From positions 48,484,001 to 48,548,000 of the forward strand of contig OZ024741.1 in NCBI GenBank assembly GCA_964016885.1: 64,000 bases of DNA, written 5' to 3'. The DNA is from Eledone cirrhosa. Taxonomy: Eukaryota. The notes beneath the pieces are model-generated. The model ran no database searches. It had not been told where the DNA came from and saw nothing but the letters and a program-made list of their open reading frames with translations. Position numbers and translations under genes: made by a program. Shown piece after piece: positions 22,618-35,276 of this stretch (positions within the stretch are counted from its first letter, which is position 1; the number at the start of each line of letters is the position of its first letter).

Positions 22618-25600
22618 GTAAGGAGGTCGATGTTTGTTGTATTCAAGAGACCAGATGGAGGGGTGGGTCTGCTAGATTCATTGAGGGTAAAAAACGATGT
22701 TATAAGCTTTTCTGGGCGGGAAACGACGATGGGCTGGGTGGAGTAGGAATCATGGTAGCAGAAAAGTGGGCAGATAAGATAATAGACGTAAATAGAGTGA
22801 ACGACAGAATAATTAAAATAAGACTTGTCCTCAATAGAACTACGGTGACAGTAATATCTGCGTACGCACCCCAATCCGGACTGCCTGGCGAAATCCATGG
22901 AGGCTATGGGTTTGGTACTAGAAATGAGGAAGGCTCCAGAATCCTGGAATTCTGTGACGCAAATAACCTAACTATCTGTAACACTAACTTCAAAAAACGT
23001 GACAATCACCTGATCACCTATAGATCCGGGGAACACACAAGCCAGCCAGGTAGATTATATCCTTACCAGAAGACGTGACAGAGTGTCTGTTGTAAACACT
23101 AAATCCCTCCCCCATGAAGAATGCACCTCCCAACATAGACTGATAATTAGCGACCTCATAGTCAGGACGAGACGTACTCGACAGCAGAAGAGGACTATCC
23201 TCAGGAGAAAAATATGGAAGCTAAAGGACCCCACAGCCAGAAATAAATTTCAAAGCATATTACTTGATGCTTTCGACAGTAAGGAAGAGCATTTAGAGTC
23301 GGACAATATAGAGGGACAGTGAGAATTTCTGAAAGCAAACCTGCTGATGGCGACAGACGAAGTCTGTGGCTGGAGCAAGCCTGTAGGCAGGAGGAGAGTA
23401 ACATGGTGGTGGAACAGTAGGGTGGAGGGGTCAATTAAGGCCAAAAAGCAGGCTTGGAAAGTATGTCGGGATGGGGGAAGTAGAGAAGACTATCAAGTGG
23501 CCAGGAGGGAGGCTAGGAGACAAGTGTACTTCGCAAGAAGGGAAGCAGAGGAAAGAAAGTTCAAGCATGTTCTACAACGTGAGGACCAAAAACGTGAGGT
23601 GTTCAGGATTGCTAGGTAATGTGTCAAGGAAAACTGTGATATTGTCGGGGAGAAGTGTGTACTTAATGATGACGGCGTACTTGCCATCACCGACGCTGAT
23701 AAGAAGGTAGCTTGGAAGTGCCACTATGAAAGGCTACTAAATGAGGAGAATAAATGGGAGAAAGACAGTCTCCCCCACATCGACCCAATAGAGGGACCAG
23801 CAGTGTTAGTCGAGGGTAGTATAATAAGTAAGGCAATCAAGGATATGAAGACGGGTAAGGCGGCTGGGCCTTCGGAAATAGTTGCTGAGATGCTGAAGGC
23901 ATCTGGCTCGGTGGGACACACCTTGGTCACCCGGATAGTTAACCAAGTCGTACAGAATGGGGTTGTTCCGAAGGACTGGCATAGCAGCATCATCGTTAAC
24001 TGTTATAAGGGTAAAGGAGATGCCCTAGATAGGAGTAACTATAGAGGCATTAAACTAATCGACCAGGTCATGAAGGTTACGGAAAAAGTAATAGCGCAAC
24101 TAATCAGAGAGAGAATTGACCTAGATGAAATGCAGTTCGGGTTTGTGTCAGGCAAAAGTACCACAGACGCTCTTTTCATTGTACGTCAACTACAGGAGAA
24201 GTACCTAGCTAAAGGTAAACCCCTCTACTTAGCTTTTGTCGACTTGGAGGAAGCCTTCGACAGAGTCCCCCGTTCCATTATCTGGTGGGCCCTTAGAAAA
24301 CTAGGTGTTGACGAATGGCTTGTGAGAGCTATACAAGCCATGTATAAAGAAACAGTCAGCAAGGTTAGAATTAACAACGAATATAGTGAAGAGTTTAGCG
24401 TAAAAGTTGGCGTCCATCAGGGCTCTGTTCTCAACCCCCTACTATTTATTATTGCCCTTCAGACTATAACAGAGGAGTTCAAGACCGGCTGCCCATGGGA
24501 ACTCCTATACGCAGACGACCTGACGCTCATAGCTGAATCAATGGCCGAGCTAGAGAAGAAATTCCAAACATGGAAGCACGGCCTAGAATCAAAAGGCCTT
24601 AAAATTAACCTAGCTAAGACTAAAGTTCTAGTTTGTAGGAAAGAAAATAAGGCGGCGGTCCCTTCCGGGAAATGGCCATGCTCAGTGTGTAGGAAAGGCG
24701 TAGGTAGAAACTCCATTTTATGTCCCAAATGCAAAGTATGGGTGCATAAAAGATGTAGTGGGATCACGGGTAAGCTAACTAAGAACTTAGATTTTACATG
24801 TGGGTGGTGCTCTGGTGCAATAAGTAGCAGCGAGTGCCCACAAAATACTAACTCTTTCAATTGCGCAGAGGGCTCTATAGAAATAGTGGACAGCTTCCGT
24901 TACCTGAGTGACAAAATCAGCAGTGGGGGAGTGTGCTCTGAAAGTACAGTAGCTAGAGTCAGAACTGGATGGAAAAAGTTCAGAGAGCTTATACCACTAT
25001 TAGCCGCTAAAGGGTTCTCCCTAAAAATGAAAGGCAGGTTGTATGATGCCTGCATACGAACAGCAATGTTGCATGGCAGTGAGACCTGGGCATTGTGCGC
25101 AGAGGATATACGCAGACTAGAGAGGAACGAAGCTTGCATGCTCCGCTGGATGTGTAATAGTAATATACGTGAACGGCAAAGCATAAACGAACTAAGGAAA
25201 AAATTAGAAATAAGAGGGATCAGATGTTGTTTACTCGAGAGAAGGCTACGTTGGTACGGACACGTGATGCGCATGAAAGTCGATAGCTGTATAACACAGT
25301 GCAGGGCAATAAAGATAGACGGTAGTCACGGAATAGGCAGACCTAGAAAATCCTGGGACGAGCTGATAAACTCCGACCTCACACACTTACACCTCTCCAA
25401 GACAATGTCACTGGACCGAGACCTTTGGCGGTACTCAGTAATAGAGAAGACCCGCCTTACCTAAATACATAGTAAAACCTACTACAGCCAGTAGGCATCT
25501 CTATCAAAATACACCCCGTCCCCCCACCCACACCCCCATCCACACCACCCCCTCCTATGTAAAGTTATGTTGGTGCCACAACATCCAGGCCGAAACAAAT

Positions 25601-25850
25601 GAGATCGTGTAGGTGTCACGACAAAAAAACACACAGTCCACGCTGTAATGTGGCCGCGTAGGCAACACGGTAAAAACCTCCCAGACCCACACTGTAAATG
25701 TGGTTGGTGTTAGGAAGGGCATCCAACTGTAGAAAACCTGCCAGACAGTCCTATGCGAGCAAGACAATCACTCTTGCCTCAAGTGGGGATACCCCCGTCC
25801 AAACCCATGCAAGCGTGGAACACGGACGTTAAACGTTGATGATGATGATG
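22618..25850 (+). mobile_element. RTE LINE copy A (5'-truncated, disabled)
   Basis: APE remnants (CCIQETRW, ISAYAPQ, NTNFKK), RT, 3' UTR and (GAT)n tail; 123-bp deletion, frameshift and stops; flanked by (TA)n. Confidence 0.95.
23803..25464 (+). pseudogene. RT + PHD-like finger + C-terminal portion of the RTE ORF (open segment of a broken ORF)
   Basis: NYRGIKL, QFGF, FVDLEEAFD, GVHQGS, LYADD, CSVC..CPKC..HKRC..CGWC, RRLRWYGHV, GRPRKSW. Confidence 0.92.
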
Positions 25851-26020
<170 letters not shown>

Positions 26021-26035
26021 TAATAATAATAATAA

Positions 26036-26491
26036 CTCTGTAGCGGAGATTCATTCGGTCTCCTAGTTAGAATGTTAGTCTACAACTTCTGCTATACCAT
26101 TTACGTGGTTTTGTCTTTGCGTGCTATTGTTCTCCACGCTCCACATATGACTTATTATCTTCGTTTTTTCGTTCATTGCCAGAGAACGTCTCTATGCACC
26201 ACTTAGAGAACATTAGTCTACGACCTCTATTATACTATAAACGTGGTTCTGTCTTTGCGCGTAATTGTTTTTCACCGCTCCTATTAATGACGTATTATTC
26301 GTTTTTTCCCGTTCTTAGCCAGCGAACGTCACCATGAACCAAAGTATCGTCTTCCTGTCTTCCTCCGGTTGGAACGTTTTTTGAAATATCCAGTTCTGCG
26401 TTTACAGATTGACTTTGTTAGTTTCAGAAGATCCCGTTAAGGGTGAAAGCAGCGATTCTTTGCTTAAACTTTAATCTGTTATATTAATAAA
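26036..26491 (+). mobile_element. ORF-less Penelope-like terminal-repeat fragment with internal about 140-bp duplication and variant hammerhead
   Basis: 26073-26193 resembles 26213-26330; hammerhead-like fold at 26420-26470; aataaa near 26486; bounded by TA tracts. Confidence 0.5.
26420..26470 (+). ncRNA. Hammerhead-like motif, CAGAAGA core variant
   Basis: AGTTT-CAGAAGA-TCCCgttaaGGGT-GAA-AGCAGcgattctTTGCT-T-AAACT. Confidence 0.55.
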
Positions 26492-26514
26492 TATATACAT
26501 ATATATATATATAT

Positions 26515-27691
26515 CGGTGTGTAGGAAAGGCGTAGGTAGAAACTCCATTTTATGTCCTAAATCCAAAGTATGGGTGCATAAAAGATGTAGTGGGATCACA
26601 GGTAGGCTAACTAAGAACATAGATTTTACATGTGGCCGGTGCTCTGGTGCAATAAGTAGCAGCAAGTGCCCACAAACTACTAGCTCTTTCAATTGCGCAG
26701 AGGGTTCTATAGAAATAGTGGACAGCTTCCGTTACCTGGGCGATAAAATCAGCAGTGGGGGAGGGTGCTCTGAAAGTACTGTAGCTAGAGTCAGAACTGG
26801 TTGGAAAAAGTTCAGAGAGCTTATACCACTATTAGCTGCTAAAGGGTTCTCACTAAAAATGAAAGGCAGGTTGTACGATGCCTGCATACGAACAGCAATG
26901 CTGCATGGCAGTGAGACCTGGGCATTGTGTGCAGAGGATATACGCAGACTAGAGAGGAACGAAGCTTGCATGCTCCGCTGGATGTGTAACAGTAATATAC
27001 GTGAACGGCAAAGCATAAACGAACTAAGGAATAAATTAGAGATAAGAGGGATCAGATGTTGTTTACTCGAGAGAAGGCTACGTTGGTATGGACACGTGAT
27101 GCGCATGAAAGTCGATAGCTGTATAACAAAGTGCAGGGCAATAAAGATAGACGGTAGTCACGGAATAGGCAGACCTAGAAAAACCTGGGACGAGCTGATA
27201 AACTCCGACATCACACACTTACACCTCTCCAAGACAATGTCACTGGACCGAGACCTTTGGCGGTACTCAGTAACAGAGAAGACCCGCCTTACCTAAATAT
27301 ATAGTAAAACCTACTCCAGCCAGTAGGCATCTCTAACAAATACACCCCGTCCCACCACCCCCACCCGATCCACACCACCCCGTTCTATGTAAAGTTATGT
27401 TGGTGCCGCGCCATCGAGGCCGAAACAAATGAGATCGTGTAGGTGTCACGACAAAAAAACACACAGTCCACGCTGTAATGTGGCCGTGTAGGCAACACGG
27501 TAAAAACCTCCCAGACCCACACTGTAAATGTGGTTGGTGTTAGGAAGGGCATCCAACTGTAGAAAACCTGCCAGACAGTCCTATGCGAGCAAGACAATCA
27601 CTCTTGCCTCAAGTGGGACTACCCCCGTCCAAACCCATGCAAGCGTGGAACACGGACGTTAAACGCTGATGATGATGATGATGATGATGAT
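26515..27691 (+). mobile_element. RTE LINE copy B (5'-truncated at the PHD-like finger)
   Basis: ORF 26517-27296 nearly identical to the C-terminus of copy A; same 3' UTR and (GAT)n tail. Confidence 0.95.
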
Positions 27692-27699
27692 ATATATAC

Positions 27700-27730
<31 letters not shown>

Positions 27731-27876
27731 CATATATTAGAAAGTGAGGTTTTTTTTACAAAATGAAAAATAACCGAGGTGTCCTACACGAGTGAAAGTA
27801 TAAAGAAAAAGAGATGAAATCGAAAATGCAACTGGAGTCTTATTTTTTTTTTAAATATATATATATTTATTTGGTT

Positions 27877-27914
27877 CCTTTACCGGTTTCGCAGTTCTTC
27901 TGCTTTTCAAAAGG
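27877..27914 (-). ncRNA. Minimal type-I hammerhead, U3:A8 core variant
   Basis: CCTT-TTGAAAA-GCAGaagaaCTGC-GAA-ACCGGT-A-AAGG. Confidence 0.75.
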
Positions 27915-27945
27915 TGAGTTGAGATAGACCTTCCATCTGAACTCA

Positions 27946-27983
27946 CCTTTTGAAAAGCAGAAGAACTGCGAAACCAGTAAAGG
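27946..27983 (+). ncRNA. Minimal type-I hammerhead, U3:A8 variant (stem III mutated to ACCAGT)
   Basis: Mirror copy of 27877-27914. Confidence 0.6.
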
Positions 27984-28056
27984 AACCAAATTAATATATA
28001 TATTTTTAAAAAAAATAAGACTCCAGTTGCATTTTCGATTTCATCTCTTTTTCTTT

Positions 28057-28718
<662 letters not shown>

Positions 28719-28721
<3 letters not shown>

Positions 28722-28855
28722 CAGAATTAGCCGTCGAAACGGCTTGAGCTCAGCTGTCGGGGTCTTACTGGTTCCTATTACCCACTCTACTACCTCAAGT
28801 ATTGAGTACTTTGGTGCGTTATGGTCCACCTGGTTCCTTACCACATTTCCTTCGT

Positions 28856-28856
<1 letters not shown>
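28719..28856 (+). mobile_element. Short TA-flanked fragment beginning with the 3' half of a hammerhead
   Basis: GAA-ACGGCT-tgagctc-AGCTGT-C-GGGG at 28736-28762; first 17 bp duplicated at 28637-28653. Confidence 0.45.
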
Positions 28857-28903
<47 letters not shown>

Positions 28904-28978
28904 TACACATATATATATATATATATATATACATATATATAATATAAGATCAAAAGATGGTTAAAGGAGTTCCATATA

Positions 28979-29045
28979 TTTTATTATGCGCATTTCAAAA
29001 ACAAACATCATCAAGCAATAATATTTGTGTTTTCATCAAATAAAA
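28979..29045 (-). ncRNA. Hammerhead copy in inverted repeat (C3 to U, uncompensated)
   Basis: TTTTAT-TTGATGA-[16-bp stem II]-GAA-ATGCGCAT-A-ATAAAA. Confidence 0.6.
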
Positions 29046-29652
29046 CAGGAGAACATGATATGAAGGCTAAAAAAACACTTGTTGATAGTGCAGTTTTAAA
29101 TCAACATATGAAAAGTGGTTTTAGATTGATGTGTGATATTGGGAAAAATATTTTATTTAGAGAGGGGGGGGGGGAGGATGAAAAGGGAAGGAGATGAGAG
29201 GGAGAGATGGGTGATAGAGAGAAAGAGATAGTTTTTATAACTGAGAGGAGATATACTTTTTATATAGAGGGGTTGGAAACCGTTGGAAGATACTGTATAA
29301 ATTAAAAATTTTGAAAATTAACGAAGGGAGGATATGTGCGAGGAAAAAATATTTTATTTAGGGAGGGGGGGGGGGAGAAAGGATGAAAAAAAAGGGGGAG
29401 GAGATGAGAGTGAAGTGGAGAGGGAGAGATGGGTGATAGAGAGAAAGAGATAGTTTTTATAACTGAGAAAAAGATATATTGTTTTAATATAGAGAGGTTG
29501 GGAACCGTTGGAAGATAATGTATAAATTAAAGGAATTTGAAAATTAACGAAGGGAAATTATGTATGAAGATAGAGAGAAAAAAATAATAATTGTGGGTGA
29601 ATATTCTGACGTCAAAAGAAGAAATGTATGTATTGTGGCAATTTCAAAATTA

Positions 29653-30024
29653 GCGATTTATGAATGTAAAATTATAACTAGCACCAATTCCTTCACCTAT
29701 TTTGGCTCCACTTCCACCTCTTTTAAAGCTCGTCTCTATAATCATCATTCATCTTTCAAATACAAACTTAAAAGAACTAACACTGCTCTCTCAGAACTCA
29801 TATGGTCCTTAAAAGACAAAAACATTAAATATAGCATCTTTTGGAAAAAGATTTCTTCTGCATCCTCATACTTGAACAGCTCTCTATCTAAAATCTGTAA
29901 TCTCTGCCTAAATGAAAAATTTACCATTATCTCTAACCTAGAATCCATAATAAATAGACGCTCAGATTTGTTTTCTATCTGCCTGCATAAATTCCATAGA
30001 ACTTTTCACAAAGTATACAGTTAA
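29653..30024 (+). pseudogene. GIY-YIG endonuclease domain fragment of a Penelope-like element
   Basis: AIYECKI..TYFGSTSTSFKARLYNHHSSF..TALSELIWSLK..ICNLCLNEK..INRRSDLFSICLH, the Neptune-type C-terminal pattern. Confidence 0.85.
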
Positions 30025-30809
30025 TATTCAATTCTTTATCAATTTAGAATCTTTTCTCAAAGGCACATATACATACACCTCTTTAAAATATACCCATCTA
30101 CCTTACTTTAAAGGGCATTATACACTCTATAATACTCGTTTACTCATTACCCTCATTCTATCTTCTCGTAAAACAATAACATTTGTTTTTGACATTTTGA
30201 ATATTCATCCGCAATCATTATTATTTTTTCTCTCTATCATAAATCTTTTTAATCTCAATTTCATCCTTAATTTATTATTATTTTTTTCTCCCCATCAACG
30301 AACTCATTATTAATACATATGAATTCAATATACAAACTTTAACTTCACATTATTTTTCTCAAATCCTTCTACACATAAACCTTAACATTTTTCTCTTCGC
30401 TAATTTTGAAATTGCCACAATACATACATTTCTTCTTTTGACGTCAGAATATTCACCCACAATTATTATTTTTTTCTCTCTATCTTCATACATAATTTCC
30501 CTTCGTTAATTTTCAAATTCCTTTAATTTATACATTATCTTCCAACGGTTCCCAACCTCTCTATATTAAAACAATATATCTTTTTCTCAGTTATAAAAAC
30601 TATCTCTTTCTCTCTATCACCCATCTCTCCCTCTCCACCTTCACTCTCATCTCCTCCCCCTTTTTTTTCATCCTTTCCACCCCCTCCCCCCTCCCTAAAT
30701 AAAATATTTTTCCCAATATCACACATCAATCTAAAACCACTTTTCATATGTTGATTTAAAACTGCACTATCAACAAGTGTTTTTTTAGCCTTCATATCAT
30801 GTTCTCCTG

Positions 30810-30876
30810 TTTTATCTGATGAAAACACAAATATTATTGCTTGATGATGTTTGTTTTTGAAATGCACATAATAAAA
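30810..30876 (+). ncRNA. Type-I hammerhead in Penelope-like 3' repeat
   Basis: TTTTAT-CTGATGA-AAACACAAATATTATTgcttGATGATGTTTGTTTTT-GAA-ATGCACAT-A-ATAAAA. Confidence 0.75.
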
Positions 30877-31001
30877 TATATGGAACTCCTTTAACCATCT
30901 TTTGATCTTATATTATGCATACTCCAGTCCCACAAACTGTAGAGTGCTTCTTATCCGATATCTGCATTGCTTTATTGTACTACAATAAAACTCACCTCCT
31001 A

Positions 31002-31202
<201 letters not shown>

Positions 31203-31206
<4 letters not shown>

Positions 31207-31716
31207 ATACTTTGGGAGGGTCATGTTGCCAATAAGAAACACACGCACCAGTTGCTTTCACTTCAATTTATTATATATTTATAAATTTATAAATTTACAA
31301 ATCTACAAATTTATAAATTTCTGGTTGGTTGGTTGGTTCCACAACCAGATAGTTGTTTATATATTGTCATAGTCCTTTCGTCACACACTGTGACCTCTTC
31401 AGTGACTGGGGATTCCTTTCTTTGTTTCTGTGCCTTTCCTTTCTTCTGTCCTACGCCATTTTGTTTCTGTGTGTGTTGTGTGCTCAGTTTGCGCATGCGC
31501 CACATCCGGGTGTCTGTGTGTGTTTGTGTTCATTTATCTATTTGTTTATTTATTTACATGTTATTGGTTGGTTGTTTGTTCTATGTGTGTGTGTGTTTTC
31601 ATATTGTCCTTAATTGTAAGTTGTGATGTTGCTGTTCCACTCATATTTTCTATTTAATTTTGGTTGTAATTCTTTTATGTTTATTGCCTCTGTAATTTGT
31701 CTAAACATTGCATCTT
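31203..31716 (-). mobile_element. 3' end of a different Penelope-like element (GIY-YIG tail + repeat with hammerhead)
   Basis: EDAMFRQITEAINIKELQPKLNRKYEW resembles the R.I.EA..I....P.LN GIY-YIG C-terminus; hammerhead at 31366-31406; aataaa downstream. Confidence 0.7.
31366..31406 (-). ncRNA. Minimal type-I hammerhead
   Basis: GTCA-CTGAAGA-g-GTCACagtgtGTGAC-GAA-AGGACT-A-TGAC. Confidence 0.75.
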
Positions 31717-33367
31717 CTGAGAGAGCCGTGTTGGTTCTTTTAAGTTTGTATTTAAAAGATGAATGATGATTATAGAGACGAGCTTTAAAAGAGGTGGAAG
31801 TGGAGCCAAAATAGGTGAAGGAATTGGTGTCACTTCCACCTCTTTTAAAGCTCGTCTCTATAATCATCATTCATCTTTTAAATACAAACTTAAAAGAACC
31901 AACACGGCTCTCTCAGAACTCATATGGTCCTTGAAAGACAAAAACATTAAATATACCATCTTTTGGAAGAAGGTTTCTTCTGCGTCTTTATACTTGAACA
32001 GTTCTCTATCTAAAATCTGCAATCTCTGCCTAAATGAAAAATTTACCATTATCTCTAATCTAGATTCTATAATAAATAGACGCACTGACTTGTTTTCTAT
32101 CTGCTTGCATAAATTCCATAAAACATTTCACAAAGTATACAGCTAATATTCAATTCTTTATCAATTTAGAATCTTTTTCTCAAAGGCACATATACATACA
32201 CCTCTTTTTTAAAAATATACCCATCTTCCTACCTTATTTCAAAGGGTATTATACATTCTATAATACTTGTTTACTCATTACCCTTACTCTATATCACCTT
32301 GTAAAATCCTTCATAAACATATACATTTGTTTTGACGCTAGATTATTCATCCTTAATTCAATATTTTTTCTCCCTATCATCTAACTCATTCTCAATACAT
32401 ATTAACATTTTCTTTTTCTTTTTTCTTCGCACATATTATCAATTCCTTCAATATACAAACCTTAACTTCACATTATTTTTCTCAAATCCTTCAATATACA
32501 AACCTTAACATTACATTTTTTTTCTCTTCGTTAATTTTCAAAATTCCATAATACTTGTTGACTCTTTCTACACCACCCATATTTATCACTTCCTTTTCCT
32601 CTCTTCTAATATCTAACCCCTAATCTGTACCTTTTCTCACTCTTGCCTAACATAGAATCAATTATTACATAATACAACACATTCTTACTCTATATCACCT
32701 TATAAAAATCCATCGTAAACATATACATACTTTTTTTTGACGTTAGAATATTCATCCGCAATTCATTATTCTCTTCTCTCTATCATCAAACTCATTATTC
32801 TCAATACATATTAACTCCCTCTCCTTCTTCGCACATATTTTTCCCTTCGTTAATTTTCAAATTCTTTTAATTTATACATTATCTTCCAACGGTTTTCAAC
32901 CTCTCTATGTAAAACAATATATCTTTCTCAGTTATAAAAACTATCTCTCTCTCTCTATCACCCATCTCTCCTCCTATCTCATCCTTCCTCATTATACTCC
33001 TCCCTCTCCACCTTCACTCTCATCTCCTCCTCTTTTTTTCATCCTTTCACCTCCCCCCCTCTAAATAAAATATTTTTCCCAATATCACACATCAATCTAA
33101 AACTACTTCTCATATGTTGATTTAAAACTGCACTATCCACAAGTGTTTTTTAGCCTTCATATCATGTCCTGTTTTATCTGATGAAAACACAAATATTATT
33201 GCATGATGATATTTGTTTTTGAAATGCGCATAATAAAATACATGGAACTCCTTTAACCATCTTTTGTTCTTATATATTATGTATACTCCAGTCCTACAAA
33301 CTGTAGAGTGCTCCTTATCCGATATCTGCATTGCTTTATTGTACTACAATAAAACTCACCTCCTACA
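31715..33367 (+). mobile_element. Second Neptune-type Penelope-like copy with 5' fold-back inversion
   Basis: GIY-YIG fragment 31831-32146 nearly identical to 29710-30024; 88-bp arms 31715-31802 / 31831-31918; longer 3' UTR; same terminus as 30916-31001. Confidence 0.85.
33172..33238 (+). ncRNA. Type-I hammerhead, intact copy
   Basis: TTTTAT-CTGATGA-[stem II]-GAA-ATGCGCAT-A-ATAAAA with perfect palindromic stem III. Confidence 0.8.
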
Positions 33368-35024
<1,657 letters not shown>

Positions 35025-35218
35025 TCAGGTTTGAGGTTCACCACTGTATAGAGCTGGTCTATTCCGTATGATCAATCGTAATGCAATAATATAGAGAGTA
35101 CTCAACGTAAAGCAGTTCAACCGTCTTTGTTTTTGTAGTTGGTGGTGCTATTACGGAGTTAAATATTATAATGAAATGACAGGAGGCTGTATTTGTGTAA
35201 ATCCTTGAAAGGTTTATT

Positions 35219-35276
35219 ATACTATGATCATTTCAATGACCGGGTTCCGTATGAATCCGGTGATATCATCAGGTAT
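35219..35276 (-). ncRNA. Type-I hammerhead (left arm)
   Basis: ATAC-CTGATGA-TATCACCGGattcatacggaacCCGGTCATT-GAA-ATGATCAT-A-GTAT then aataaa. Confidence 0.75.

Larger units (their letters stand above)
28940..31001 (+). mobile_element. 5'-truncated Penelope-like (Neptune-type) element with inverted terminal-repeat copy at its 5' end
   Basis: 28940-29656 is an inverted copy of 30397-30915 with an internal duplication; GIY-YIG fragment in between; hammerhead in the repeat. Confidence 0.85.

Noticed and set aside
23803-25464. Active RTE retrotransposon
   Set aside because: The open 553-aa segment lacks an in-frame endonuclease; all three copies are truncated or carry stops and frameshifts.
29560-29652. 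N-terminus of the 154-aa ORF as real protein
   Set aside because: It derives from the inverted non-coding repeat; GIY-YIG homology starts at about 29653.
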